Positions 48,568-58,785 are shown, counted from the stretch's first letter. The stretch: DNA of 64,000 nt from Candidatus Multivoradales bacterium (GCA_965248925.1 CBDFLE010000006.1:3008001-3072000), one strand, 5' to 3'. Numbers and translations: made by a program. Notes: generated by a model not told the origin, from the letters alone.

Positions 48568-50791
48568 ATCCGTGCCGCATACCCTCGCAAGTGTCGAGCC
48601 GGCCCGCGTAGGAGTTTGCAGAACAGCAGTCACCGTTCTAGGACTTCTGGGCTCCGCCTTGGCTCTTTTCGCAACACCTTCCCCCGCAGCTGCCGATCTG
48701 AGGGTCCGTTTCGTGTCGGCTAGCCCTGTGGGCTGTACCGGAGTTGGGATCTTGCGGTCGGGCGAGATCGAATTCGAAGTTACGGTTCCGGGGTCAATTC
48801 ACCTCACCGAACACGCCGAAACGCTCTCTTTGAGCGTCGCGGGTTGTTGGTCGCCAGCAACGCAGATCGATGCACAAGCCCGTGAGGTGGTGGTGATGGT
48901 ATGGCCGGCTGGCAGCGTCGGTGGCAACCTTGGTCGACCCGGTGAGCCTGCGGACTTTGACAGCATTTCGGTGCGCTGGGGCATTGTCGGGGAGGCAACG
49001 GATCTTGCCGAGCTTCCCCATGCGGGAATGACCAAGTGTTCTTTGGCCGTTAGCGACTGGAGTTGTCCGATTCCTGCCGGTCGTTGGGATCTTCGCGTCC
49101 AAGCTCCGGGCAAAGCGCCGGCCTTCTTCTGGGATGTCGCGGTGAAAGCGCAGCGTCATCACGATCTCGGCTCGCTAGAACTCGACGAGGGCTCGCGGCT
49201 ATCCGGGATGATCATGGTGGAGAAAGGGAGCGTCGCCGGGGTCGAGCTGATGCTGGAGCCAGACTTCGAGGTTCGTGGAGAGAAGGGGCGGCGCCGGTTC
49301 GATTTGCAGACTTCGACCAGCTGGTCCAATGATGCCGGGGCCTTTCTCTTCTCTGACCTGGCCTCCGGCGCCTACACGTTGCGGGTCAAGGGCCCGCCTG
49401 GGCTCTCCTCGCGCGAAATTCCGGGGCTCGACGTCGTCAGCTCACACCCCTTGCATCTCAAGCCGATCTTGCTGACCAGGAAAGGCTGGCTGGAAGTGGA
49501 GGTTTCGCCGGAGGTTGATCCGCGGCTCCTGCCGTGGACAGTGCAGCTTAGCATTCAAGACACCCGCGGCTCGACCTCTCGGCCGCTGAGAAAGGCCCGA
49601 ACCGCGAGCGGCTACTTCAACTTCACAGATCTCGACGATGGCCTCTACCGGGTGCTGGTTCTCGATGTCGAAGGCCAAGAGATGGCCACTCAGCTGGTTG
49701 AGATCAAGGCCGGCCGCGACAGCTTCGCCCAGTTCGAGTTCGACTTCGTGGCGGTTGAGGGTAGGGTCAGTGCCGGTGGCGAAGGTGTTGCCGGAACCTT
49801 GATTCTGACTTCCCCCACAGCCAACGGTGCCGGTGGGAAGCTGGAGTTCAAGACCGCCGAGGACGGGAGGTTCGCCGGCAACCTGCCGCTGCCTGGTGAG
49901 TGGCGGGGGCATTTCGAGACCCGCGGCCAACGGCTGACCGTCTTGGAGCCGATCATAGTCGAGCGCCAACTTTCCAGACCAACTCGGATCGACATCGTCC
50001 TCCCCGGTGGGCGAATCGAGGGCGAGGTGCTCGACGACGAGAGAAAGGCGCCTGAGCGGGCAATCGTGACAGTTCTGCAAGGTGGCCGAGTGCTCTCGCA
50101 AACGCGAGTGGGGCCCGAGGGGACTTTTCGCTTTCTCGGTCTGCCACCAGGCAAGCTGAGCGTAGTTTGCGACGCTGCGGACTCCCGCGGCGCCGGACCA
50201 GTATCTCTCGAGGTTAAAGCAAGCGAGTTGTCCAAGATCGAACTCGAGCTGGAAAAATGGCGGCGAGTGCGAGTGCGGTTGGTGACCGAGGGCCGTCCGG
50301 CCAGCGGGGCCTCCGTGGTGGTCCACGATCCCCGATTTGGCGGTTCGCAGACCCTGCGGGCAGGCTTGTCCGGAGAGGTCGAGACCCTCTTGCCGCCAGG
50401 ACGACAAGAGATAGGCATCTTCGTGCGAGCCGGTCGGCTGCCCCGAACAATGCGCACCGTGTCTTTCGGCAATGCGGTCGAAACGGTCACCGTGGAGCTA
50501 GGGCGGACCAGCGGTCAGCTGGTGATTCCCCTACGGCGCGACACCATGTCGCAAACGCTGAGTCATGCTGGAGCGACCTTTCGTGTCGGCGAACTGTTTT
50601 CGCCGGGATTCGGCTCAGTTGTCGAGGAGATCGACGATGCGACCCATTCGTTTCGGCTCTTGGTGGAGAGTGGCGAGTATGAACTCTGTCGGCAAGCGGA
50701 AGAGAGGGTCTGCCGCTCTGTCTATTTGGCGCCGAATTCCCAGGTTGAGTTGGCGCTTCCCTATCTGGAGAAACACGAGAACGGGAAGTAG
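48545..50791 (+). CDS. Secreted carboxypeptidase-regulatory-like (transthyretin/CnaB-fold) repeat protein
   Basis: Repeated G.F.F..L..G.Y.L/V and I.G.V.D motifs; signal-like hydrophobic N-terminus; start uncertain (48545/48572). Confidence 0.8.
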   Translation: MICAFGSESVPHTLASVEPARVGVCRTAVTVLGLLGSALALFATPSPAAADLRVRFVSASPVGCTGVGILRSGEIEFEVTVPGSIHLTEHAETLSLSVAGCWSPATQIDAQAREVVVMVWPAGSVGGNLGRPGEPADFDSISVRWGIVGEATDLAELPHAGMTKCSLAVSDWSCPIPAGRWDLRVQAPGKAPAFFWDVAVKAQRHHDLGSLELDEGSRLSGMIMVEKGSVAGVELMLEPDFEVRGEKGRRRFDLQTSTSWSNDAGAFLFSDLASGAYTLRVKGPPGLSSREIPGLDVVSSHPLHLKPILLTRKGWLEVEVSPEVDPRLLPWTVQLSIQDTRGSTSRPLRKARTASGYFNFTDLDDGLYRVLVLDVEGQEMATQLVEIKAGRDSFAQFEFDFVAVEGRVSAGGEGVAGTLILTSPTANGAGGKLEFKTAEDGRFAGNLPLPGEWRGHFETRGQRLTVLEPIIVERQLSRPTRIDIVLPGGRIEGEVLDDERKAPERAIVTVLQGGRVLSQTRVGPEGTFRFLGLPPGKLSVVCDAADSRGAGPVSLEVKASELSKIELELEKWRRVRVRLVTEGRPASGASVVVHDPRFGGSQTLRAGLSGEVETLLPPGRQEIGIFVRAGRLPRTMRTVSFGNAVETVTVELGRTSGQLVIPLRRDTMSQTLSHAGATFRVGELFSPGFGSVVEEIDDATHSFRLLVESGEYELCRQAEERVCRSVYLAPNSQVELALPYLEKHENGK

Positions 50792-50843
50792 GGTGCGGAC
50801 GTCAAGTGCATACCAGAAGATATTGGCGCATACCGGAGGTCGA

Positions 50844-51335
50844 ATGATAACGGTCAAGAGAGCCCTCTTCTTTTTGATTCTCATCATTTTGTCCCCGGCG
50901 ACTCTGGCTGGGGAAGCAGATGCTGAGGTCGCCATACCCTCGGGATGGCTTGGGCTTGGTATCACCTGCGAGTGCGGCGCAACGAGCGGCGAGAGCTTTC
51001 TCTTGATCCACGGTACGGCGCCAGGCGGGCCGGCTGCCGAGGCGGATCTCGAAACTGGAGACGTCGTTCTGAAAGTCGATGGCAAGTCAGTAGGTTGTCA
51101 GAGGCAACTCGATGTACTCGAGCTCTTTCGAGAACTACGAGGGGGTCAGCGGGTGAACCTATCGATTCTCCGTCTTGGGGAGCAAAGGGAGGTCGAAGTC
51201 GGGGCGATTCCGATGCCTGCTCTGCTCGCAAAGATGTGGATCGAGCAATACCGCCGAGTGGCGGTGGATCCCACAGACTGTGGGCAGGCACCGAGTTCTG
51301 GCGCCTCCAAGCCGAGTTCCGACTCCAAACGGTGA
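50844..51335 (+). CDS. Secreted stand-alone PDZ-domain protein
   Basis: GGAGGT RBS; signal peptide; GWLGLGI and PGGPAAEA.L.TGDVVLKVDG motifs. Confidence 0.85.
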   Translation: MITVKRALFFLILIILSPATLAGEADAEVAIPSGWLGLGITCECGATSGESFLLIHGTAPGGPAAEADLETGDVVLKVDGKSVGCQRQLDVLELFRELRGGQRVNLSILRLGEQREVEVGAIPMPALLAKMWIEQYRRVAVDPTDCGQAPSSGASKPSSDSKR

Positions 51336-51545
51336 GGCATTTTCGGGCCTAGCAGCGGTGGTGTCGCCACCCTCTCGATACGATTAGCACTCGGTCGGAA
51401 AAAACCCCTAGAGTCAGACCGAGGGGAGTGCATATCTAACGGGGTCTGCTGAACGTCTTCAACCCAGATCGACCGCCGACCGTATTCGGGCGCTCTGTCT
51501 GCTACGCCTCGCCAGGCCCACTGCCCTAGGTTAGACTCCTCCGCC

Positions 51546-54500
51546 ATGTCTGAAGCCAGCGTCTGGGAGACGCATGCCCGCGCTTTACGTCTCAGTGTGC
51601 CTTTTGTCCAGCTCGAGCGGGCGCTGCGTTCACGCAGCGACGCTGGTGCCAGCGTTGCCGTCTCGCGCTTGCCGGTAGCGGCGGCGGCCTGGGTTACCGA
51701 GCTACTCGCCGAACGCCTCGGGCGCCCGGTCTTGGTGCTGGTGCCCCACGATAGCCAAGCCTATTCTTGGCTTGAGGCGGCGCGGCTCTTTGGTCGCGGT
51801 CGAGTGACCTATTTCCCGGCGCCGTCGTTGAGCCCCTATCAAGAGGCGGAGATCTCATTGCTGGTGCGAGCCGAGGAGTCGGTGGCTCTGGCGCAGTTGG
51901 CCGCAGGCTCGGTACGCACCGTGGTGGCGACGCCGCGAGCGTTGTTCCGTCGATTGCCACCCCTGCGCCAGTTGCGACCCGCGGCGGTGGAGATCGAGGC
52001 GGGTGAGGAGATTCTGCTCGACGAGTTGATCGCTCACCTGCTGCGTTTCGGTTACCGGCGGACCGACTTGGTGATGGAGGTTGGTGAGCTGGCGTTACGG
52101 GGTGGGGTGTTGGATGTTTTTCCGCCGGGTGAGGTCGGGCCAGTACGGTTGGACCTCTTTGGCGACACGGTCGACGTCCTGCTGCGCTTCGATGTCGACT
52201 CTCAGCGTTCGGGCGACACCTTGGAGCGGGTTCGGCTGCTGCCCTTATCGCTGTTTGGCCGTGGTGAGCAGGATGCGCTGAGTCTGGCCGATCGCTTGGC
52301 CGAGCAAGTGGGGGTGGAGCATGGCGCGGACGCGGCGCACAAGCTCGGTGCGCTGCGCAGCCAGGGAGGGTTCGACGGTTGGGAGCATTACCTGCCGGCG
52401 CTGGCGCCGGAGACGGTTGGCCTGGCGCAGTTGATTGGCAACCCGCTGGTGGTGGCTTTCGATCCGCAGGGATTGGCGACCGAGGCCAACCACCATGCCG
52501 AGATCCTCAGTCGTGATTACACTGCGCGACTCGAGGAGGAGCGCCTAGTGTTGCCCCCCGAGGCGTTGGAGCTGCCCGCGGATGAGGTGGCACGGGCTCT
52601 GGACGGCGCGGCGGTTGAAATCGCTGACCTCTTCGACCGCCAGCGCGGCACGACAATCGACTTTGCTGGCAGCCAGACGGAGGAGATGCGCGACCAGCTG
52701 CAGCGCTTCGCGCGTGAGGTCGAGACCTTGCACGCCGGTTCCCAGCGGGTGGTGCTGGTCACCGCGGCGAGCCAGCGGGTGGCGTTGGGGGAGCTGCTCG
52801 AAGGTGCCGAGGTAACGCTGGGCAGTGCCGGTGTCGAGCTGGTCTCGGGAGATTTGCAACGCGGCTTCCGTTTGCCGGCGGCGAAGTTGGCGCTGTTTGG
52901 CGAACGGCAGCTATTTCGCCACCGTCAAGTGGTGCGACCAGCACGGCCCAAGCGGCGCTACGGCCCATTCATCTCCTCCCTGCGTGATCTCAAGGTGGGC
53001 GACTACGTGGTCCACGCGGATCACGGCATCGGTCAGTTCACGGGTTTGCGCACCATGGGTGAGGAGGGGCGGCGCTCCGACCTGCCTCCCGAATTGGCTG
53101 CCGCCGTGACCAGCGGCACGGTAGCCACCGAGGTGATGGAGCTGGCCTACGCCAACGGCAAGCGGCTAATGATGCCCCTGTCGCGCCTCGATCAGGTGCA
53201 GAAGTACAGTGGCATCGAGAGCATCGTGCCGCGGCTCGACAAACTCGGCGGCACTTCCTGGGCCAAGACCAAGAAGCGGATTCATCGCGGGGTTCGCGAT
53301 ATGGCTAAGGAGCTGCTTAAGCTCTATGCCGAGCGGCAGATGGCGAAGGCGCCGCCGATGACCGAGGACAGCGATCTGACACGCCAGTTCGGTGCCGCCT
53401 TCGAACACGTCGAGACCCCCGATCAGTTGGATGCTATCAAGGCGATCAAGAAAGACCTGCAATCGAGCCGGCCGATGGACCGCCTGCTGTGTGGTGATGT
53501 TGGTTTTGGCAAGACGGAGGTCGCCATGCGCGCCGCATTCCAGGTGGTGGCCAGCAACTACCAGGTGGCGGTATTGGCGCCGACCACAATTCTCGCCGAT
53601 CAGCACTTGCAGACCTTCCGCCGTCGTTTTGCCGACTTTCCGGTGCGGGTCGAAATGGTGTCGCGTTTCCGCAGCAAGGCGCGGGTCAAGGAGATCTCCG
53701 ATCGCCTGGCCCAAGGTGAAGTCGACATCTTGATCGGCACCCACCGGCTACTCAGCAAGGATCTCGACTTCGCCCGTCTGGGGATGCTGATCATCGACGA
53801 GGAGCAGCGCTTCGGGGTGGCGCAAAAGGAGCGCTTGAAGAAGCTGCGCAAAGATGTCCATGTGTTGGCGATGAGCGCGACGCCGGTGCCGCGAACTTTG
53901 CAGTTGTCGTTGGCGGGAGTCCGTGACCTGTCGTTGATCGAGACTCCGCCCCGCAACCGGATGGCGGTAGAGACCGCCATTCTGCCTTTCGACCCGGTGT
54001 TGATTCGCGAGGCGGTGGAGCTCGAGATCGAGCGCGGAGGCCAGGTCTATTACGTCTATAACCGGGTCGAGACCATCGAGCAGATGGCCGAATTCCTGAA
54101 ACAGACGGTGCCAGGATTGAAGGTTACGGTCGGTCACGGGCAACTCAACGAGGGGGAGTTGGCGCGGCGCATGCATGCATTCGTCGACGGCGAATACCAC
54201 CTGTTGCTCGCCACCACCATTATCGAGAACGGCATCGACATTCCTAACGTGAACACCATGATCGTCCATCGCGCCGACCGTTTCGGCCTGTCGCAGCTCT
54301 ACCAGCTGCGCGGCCGGGTGGGGCGTAGTGACCAGCTGGCCTACTGCTATCTGCTAGTTCCTGGGGATACCATCTTGACCGAAGTGGCGCGCAAGCGGCT
54401 CGACGCGATCCGCGAATTCACCGAACTCGGCGCCGGCTTTCGGGTGGCGGGACGAGATCTCGAGATCCGCGGTGCTGGGAACCTGCTCGGCGCCGAGCAG

Positions 54501-55016
54501 AGTGGTCACATCGCGGCGGTCGGTATCGAAACCTATCTCAAGATGCTCGAAGACACGGTGCGCGAACTTAAGGGCGATGGCCCACCTGAAGCGGTTTCGG
54601 TGGCTCTCGACTTGCCCTTGGCGATGTCGATTCCCGAGAGCTACATCGGCGATGCCAATCTCCGCATGGAGATCTATCGCCGCATCGCCACCGGCGAGGA
54701 CGGGGAGGATGAACTCCTCACCGAGCTGCGCGATCGTTTCGGCGCACCGCCGGAGGAGGTGCGAACCCTGCTGGTGGCAGCGGCGGTCAAGCAACTCGCC
54801 GAGGATCTTCGCTTGCAGGCGATTTCCGCCCGTCGGGGTCGTCTGACCCTGAGCTTGCGCCAAGATAGTCGGGTCGATATCGGCCGCCTGATCGAGTTGG
54901 TCTCAGAGCGCGAGGGGGCCAGCTTCAGTCCGTCCGGGGTGCTGACTTTCGAGAGGGTTGCGGCAGTCGACCTGTTGCCGACGGCGCGATGGGTGCTGGA
55001 TCAGCTGGCCACTTGA
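51546..55016 (+). CDS. mfd: Transcription-repair coupling factor
   Basis: GDYVVH..HGIG, DRLLCGDVGFGKTEVA, DEEQRFGV, QLRGRVGR and DLEIRGAGNLLG motifs. Confidence 0.98.
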   Translation: MSEASVWETHARALRLSVPFVQLERALRSRSDAGASVAVSRLPVAAAAWVTELLAERLGRPVLVLVPHDSQAYSWLEAARLFGRGRVTYFPAPSLSPYQEAEISLLVRAEESVALAQLAAGSVRTVVATPRALFRRLPPLRQLRPAAVEIEAGEEILLDELIAHLLRFGYRRTDLVMEVGELALRGGVLDVFPPGEVGPVRLDLFGDTVDVLLRFDVDSQRSGDTLERVRLLPLSLFGRGEQDALSLADRLAEQVGVEHGADAAHKLGALRSQGGFDGWEHYLPALAPETVGLAQLIGNPLVVAFDPQGLATEANHHAEILSRDYTARLEEERLVLPPEALELPADEVARALDGAAVEIADLFDRQRGTTIDFAGSQTEEMRDQLQRFAREVETLHAGSQRVVLVTAASQRVALGELLEGAEVTLGSAGVELVSGDLQRGFRLPAAKLALFGERQLFRHRQVVRPARPKRRYGPFISSLRDLKVGDYVVHADHGIGQFTGLRTMGEEGRRSDLPPELAAAVTSGTVATEVMELAYANGKRLMMPLSRLDQVQKYSGIESIVPRLDKLGGTSWAKTKKRIHRGVRDMAKELLKLYAERQMAKAPPMTEDSDLTRQFGAAFEHVETPDQLDAIKAIKKDLQSSRPMDRLLCGDVGFGKTEVAMRAAFQVVASNYQVAVLAPTTILADQHLQTFRRRFADFPVRVEMVSRFRSKARVKEISDRLAQGEVDILIGTHRLLSKDLDFARLGMLIIDEEQRFGVAQKERLKKLRKDVHVLAMSATPVPRTLQLSLAGVRDLSLIETPPRNRMAVETAILPFDPVLIREAVELEIERGGQVYYVYNRVETIEQMAEFLKQTVPGLKVTVGHGQLNEGELARRMHAFVDGEYHLLLATTIIENGIDIPNVNTMIVHRADRFGLSQLYQLRGRVGRSDQLAYCYLLVPGDTILTEVARKRLDAIREFTELGAGFRVAGRDLEIRGAGNLLGAEQSGHIAAVGIETYLKMLEDTVRELKGDGPPEAVSVALDLPLAMSIPESYIGDANLRMEIYRRIATGEDGEDELLTELRDRFGAPPEEVRTLLVAAAVKQLAEDLRLQAISARRGRLTLSLRQDSRVDIGRLIELVSEREGASFSPSGVLTFERVAAVDLLPTARWVLDQLAT

Positions 55017-55026
55017 AGGAGGGTGG

Positions 55027-55896
55027 ATGTCAGAGAGAACACACTGGGCGACAGCCGCAGCAGACAGTCGCCTACTGTTGGTGCCCGGCTTATGGTTGCT
55101 GGCGGGGCTACTTTCCGGCTGTTCCGCGGAAGCCCCTCTGGCCAGTGACGTGGTGGGCTCGCTGGGAGGTGAGCCGCTGCTCTATGGGGCCTTCGAGGCC
55201 ACCGTGGAGGACGATCCGGATTTCATCGGTCTGGTGCTCGAAAGCGGAGTATTAAGCCGTTTGTTCGATCAATTTCTCGACGAGCAGCTATTGCGCCGGT
55301 TGGCCAGCGAGAGCGGTCTGGGCGAGTTTGGTGATCCGCGGCAGCTGGTCGAAGCCTTGCTAGCCCAGACGCCCGGTGCACTGCCGGACGATGCCGCCGT
55401 GGCCGCTTACTATGCGGCGCGCGTGAAAGACTTCCAGCGCCCGCCGCGGGTACGCCTGAGTCAGATCTTGGTCAGCGAACGAGACCTGGCCCAGCAGGCG
55501 GCGCAGGCGCTGGCCGCCGGCGAGGATTTCGTCGCCGTGGCGGCTCGGCTGAGCGAGGCGCCCAACGCCCAACAAGGCGGCGACCAAGGTTGGTTGGCGG
55601 CTGAAGATCTGCCACCGGCTTTCGTCGAGACTATCTTCCGCCTCGAACCCGGTGGCGTGACCGGCATTGTCGAGGCCGAATACGGCTTTCACATCTTTCG
55701 CATTGTCGACCGCCAGCCGGCGCGCACGGTGCGGCTCGAAGAAGCCGCGGGACGAATCCGCGAGCAGCTGATGCGGGTCGATGTCGACCAACGTGTGCGG
55801 ATGCTCGTCAGCCAAGCCCGTGAGCGCTACAATGTAGAGATCTACGCACAGAACATCCCCTTTGAATATGTAGGTGAATATGCGACCCCGAATTAG
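55027..55896 (+). CDS. Parvulin-type (PpiC) peptidyl-prolyl isomerase lipoprotein
   Basis: LLSGC lipobox; QILV, F..VA..LS....A..GGD.GW and YGFHIF motifs. Confidence 0.88.
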   Translation: MSERTHWATAAADSRLLLVPGLWLLAGLLSGCSAEAPLASDVVGSLGGEPLLYGAFEATVEDDPDFIGLVLESGVLSRLFDQFLDEQLLRRLASESGLGEFGDPRQLVEALLAQTPGALPDDAAVAAYYAARVKDFQRPPRVRLSQILVSERDLAQQAAQALAAGEDFVAVAARLSEAPNAQQGGDQGWLAAEDLPPAFVETIFRLEPGGVTGIVEAEYGFHIFRIVDRQPARTVRLEEAAGRIREQLMRVDVDQRVRMLVSQARERYNVEIYAQNIPFEYVGEYATPN

Positions 55897-57007
55897 CCTG
55901 TTCCTAGTTGCCCTGCTAGCCGCCAGTAGCGCGCCGGCCCTTTTTGCCGCTGGCGACACCCTTAATCGGGTGGTGCTGCGGGTCAATGATGAGATCCTCA
56001 CCCAACGCGATTTTGAGCGCCGCAAGTCGGTAGAGCTCAGCCGGGTCCTGGCAGATCCCGCCATGGATCCGTCGACCCGCCAGGAACGCCTTGCCATGGT
56101 GCCGCGGCAGATCGCCAAATTGAGCTTCGACGAGATGTTGATTCGCTCCCGAGGTCAGCAGTTGGGGCTGACCGTCAGCGAGGCGCAGGTCGACGAAGTG
56201 GTGCGCGATTTGCGCGAGGAGCAAGGCATTAAGACCGAGGCTCAGCTGGTCCAGGCCTTGGCCGCCAGCGGCATGACCCTGGAGGAGTTTCGCAATCGCT
56301 GGCGTCGCGATCTGATGGCCAATCAGATCATCGGCCGCGAGGTCTGGGGTCAGATCGAGGTGGGTGAGGAAGAGCTGCGAGCCTATTACCGCAACCACTT
56401 GAGTGAATTCCAATTGGCCGAGGAACGTTGGCTCAAAGAGGTGATCGTGCTTGAATCGAGCGGCCTTGGCGACGACCAATTGCGCCATCTGGCGGCGACG
56501 GTGCGCGGCGAGCTGGCTGCGGCCGACGATTTTGCCGCGGTGATCCAGAGCTACCGCGATCAGGGTCAGACCACGGGCATTATCGACCTCGATTGGCTAC
56601 GCAAGACCGATCTCGATGGCACCTTGGCCGATGTGGCCTTCGGTCTCGAAGAGGAAGAAGTCTCGCAGCCGATCAAGGCTCGCGGTGGCTACCACATCTG
56701 TTTTGTCGAGGAGGTCCGCCAGGCCAGCGTGCGACCGTTCGACGAAGTCCAAGGCCAGATCCTGCAACGGGAGCGCAACAAACGCTTCCAAAAGGAGTTC
56801 CGGGCCTACATGGCGAAACTCGAGAAGACCGCCTATGTGCAGGAGAATCTGCCCGCTGATGCGGTGGGTTTCCGCAGCCTGGGTGATAGCTACGAAGAAG
56901 ATACAGAGTTCGATTTCTTCGCCCCGGCAAGCTCGCCAGAGGAGCCTCAGCCTGCAGACGACACCACGTCTGATGCCAGTGCCGGGGCCAGCGCAGGCCC
57001 GCGCTGA
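55880..57007 (+). CDS. surA: SurA-like chaperone/PPIase
   Basis: RVVLRVNDEILT, SurA N-domain helices and GYHI motif. Confidence 0.8.
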   Translation: MRPRISLFLVALLAASSAPALFAAGDTLNRVVLRVNDEILTQRDFERRKSVELSRVLADPAMDPSTRQERLAMVPRQIAKLSFDEMLIRSRGQQLGLTVSEAQVDEVVRDLREEQGIKTEAQLVQALAASGMTLEEFRNRWRRDLMANQIIGREVWGQIEVGEEELRAYYRNHLSEFQLAEERWLKEVIVLESSGLGDDQLRHLAATVRGELAAADDFAAVIQSYRDQGQTTGIIDLDWLRKTDLDGTLADVAFGLEEEEVSQPIKARGGYHICFVEEVRQASVRPFDEVQGQILQRERNKRFQKEFRAYMAKLEKTAYVQENLPADAVGFRSLGDSYEEDTEFDFFAPASSPEEPQPADDTTSDASAGASAGPR

Positions 57008-57085
57008 GCCTTCCAACAAGTGCCCAGCCGGCGCCCGCGAGAGCCTTCGTTGGCCCGGCTGGCCACCCTCCAAGTAGGCCCCCTG

Positions 57086-57132
57086 CCGCTACATCTTGTG
57101 GTATAGTTCTTCCGTCCAACTATATAAAGGGT
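57086..57132 (+). promoter_or_regulatory. Tandem NrdR-like boxes overlapping an extended -10 promoter
   Basis: CCGCTACATCTTGTGG (57086-57101) and CAACTATATAAAGGGT (57117-57132), 31 bp start-to-start; TGnTATAGT at 57099-57107. Confidence 0.7.
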
Positions 57133-57230
57133 TTCTGAGGCTCCCCTTCTCCGCCGCCTCTTGCCCCTGCTTCGCTCTGGCGCCGGCGGTGGTCGGCGCG
57201 GGTCCCGCGGTGGTCTCGATCGGGAGGCTG

Positions 57231-57286
57231 GTGGAAACCGTTGGACATTTGATGGAGTGAAGTGGAAGAAAGTGGACAAAAGTGGC
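57231..57286 (+). promoter_or_regulatory. MraZ-binding direct repeats
   Basis: GTGGA 57231, TTGGA 57241, ATGGA 57252, GTGGA 57262, GTGGA 57272, GTGGC 57282; ~10-bp period upstream of mraZ. Confidence 0.85.
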
Positions 57287-57364
57287 TCGCGCTGCTAGTG
57301 TTAGCCCTATACCCATGCGTAATTGGAGTTCTTCGCAGCGGGTTCTCTCGGTGAGTCAAGTGCC

Positions 57365-57805
57365 ATGTTTCGCGGTAGCGCTGCAGCAAAGATCGATGTC
57401 AAAGGGCGGATCAAGGTTCCGACCGACTTCCGCCGTGTGCTTGAACAGGAGCACGGGCGTGAGGTGTTTATCACCTCGGTACGCGGTGATTCGGCACTGC
57501 TGTACCCGATGCTGGTGTGGGAAGAGATCGAGCGGCGGCTGAGCAAGGTGCCGTCGGCGGATCGTACCAAGCAGCGTTTTCTCGAACGGGTGAACTACTA
57601 CGGGCACGCCGCGAGGCTCGACGCTCAGGGGCGGGTGGTGATTCCGCCTCTGTTGCGCGAGAAGGCGGAAATGATGGGTGAAGCGGTGGTCAGCGGCAGG
57701 CTGGATCACTTGGAGATTTGGAACCGTGAGCGCTTCGATCGCAAGCTTGAGGACGAGCCTTTCACGGATGACGACTTCGCGGCCCTGGCGGAGTACCAGA
57801 TCTAA
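57365..57805 (+). CDS. mraZ: Division/cell wall cluster transcriptional repressor MraZ
   Basis: MFRG....KID.KGR..VP..FR, LD.QGRVVIP and HLEIW motifs. Confidence 0.96.
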   Translation: MFRGSAAAKIDVKGRIKVPTDFRRVLEQEHGREVFITSVRGDSALLYPMLVWEEIERRLSKVPSADRTKQRFLERVNYYGHAARLDAQGRVVIPPLLREKAEMMGEAVVSGRLDHLEIWNRERFDRKLEDEPFTDDDFAALAEYQI

Positions 57806-57825
57806 AGTGCGGAGTTGAGGGTCCA

Positions 57826-58785
57826 ATGGCCGAGACAACGCCAATGGCAGCCTCGTCGAGACACGTTCCGGTTCTGTTGCAAGAGTCTGTCCGTTGGTTA
57901 GCGCCGCAGCGGGGTGGGCTGTTGGTGGATTGCACTCTAGGTCTTGGCGGTCACGCCGCGGCGCTGCTCGAAGCCGCGCCGGAGGTCCGAGTACTGGGTA
58001 TTGATCGCGATCCCTGGGCCTTACGCCTGGCGGCGGGGCGTTTGGCCCGTTTTGGCGATCGGGTGAGTTTGGTCGAGGGACGGTTTGGACAGTTGCAGGA
58101 GATTCTGCGGCAGCGTGGGATCGAGCAGGTAGCTGGAGTTTTTGCCGACTTCGGCGTTTCGTCGATGCAGCTGGAGACCGCCGAACGCGGCTTCTCCTTT
58201 CGCCTCGAAGGTCCGTTGGATATGCGCATGGGGTCCGGAGAGCGGACCGCGGAAGAAATTGTTAACACTTACTCGGAGGAAGCCTTGAGCACCATTCTGC
58301 GGCAGTACGGCGAAGAGCGTCAGGCCAGGCGTGTAGCCCGAGCCATCGTCAGGCGGCGCGAGCAAGAGCCCGACCGACCGATCACCAGCACCGCCGAACT
58401 GGGCGACCTGATCGCCCGCAGCAAGTCGTCCAAGCCCGGGCGCGGGCGCCGATTGCATCCGGCGACGCAAGCTTTTCAGGCGCTGCGAATCGAGGTCAAC
58501 AGGGAGCTGGAGCAGCTGGAGCAGCTGTTGGATCAGGCAACCTCGATGCTCGCCAGCGATGGCCGTTTGGTGTTGATTTCTTACCACAGCCTCGAAGATC
58601 GCTTAGTCAAGCATACTTTGCGCGATCTGGCGACTGGCGAGATCGAGCCGATCACCGGCCGCACGATCGCTGAGACCCAGGTGATCGAGGTGCTAACCAA
58701 AAAACCGGTTCGTCCCAGCGAGGCAGAGGTGGCGGCCAACCCGCGGGCGCGTTCGGCGCGACTGCGCGCGGCGCGTCGTCTTTAG
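57826..58785 (+). CDS. rsmH: 16S rRNA m4C1402 methyltransferase
   Basis: HVPVLL.E, DCTLG.GGH, GVSSMQL, PLDMRM, FQALRIEVN and NPRARSARLR motifs. Confidence 0.97.
   Translation: MAETTPMAASSRHVPVLLQESVRWLAPQRGGLLVDCTLGLGGHAAALLEAAPEVRVLGIDRDPWALRLAAGRLARFGDRVSLVEGRFGQLQEILRQRGIEQVAGVFADFGVSSMQLETAERGFSFRLEGPLDMRMGSGERTAEEIVNTYSEEALSTILRQYGEERQARRVARAIVRRREQEPDRPITSTAELGDLIARSKSSKPGRGRRLHPATQAFQALRIEVNRELEQLEQLLDQATSMLASDGRLVLISYHSLEDRLVKHTLRDLATGEIEPITGRTIAETQVIEVLTKKPVRPSEAEVAANPRARSARLRAARRL

Noticed and set aside
57008-57364. RNase P RNA or a riboswitch upstream of mraZ
   Set aside because: No GAGGAAAGUCC rnpB signature or recognisable aptamer; the region is explained by promoter boxes.
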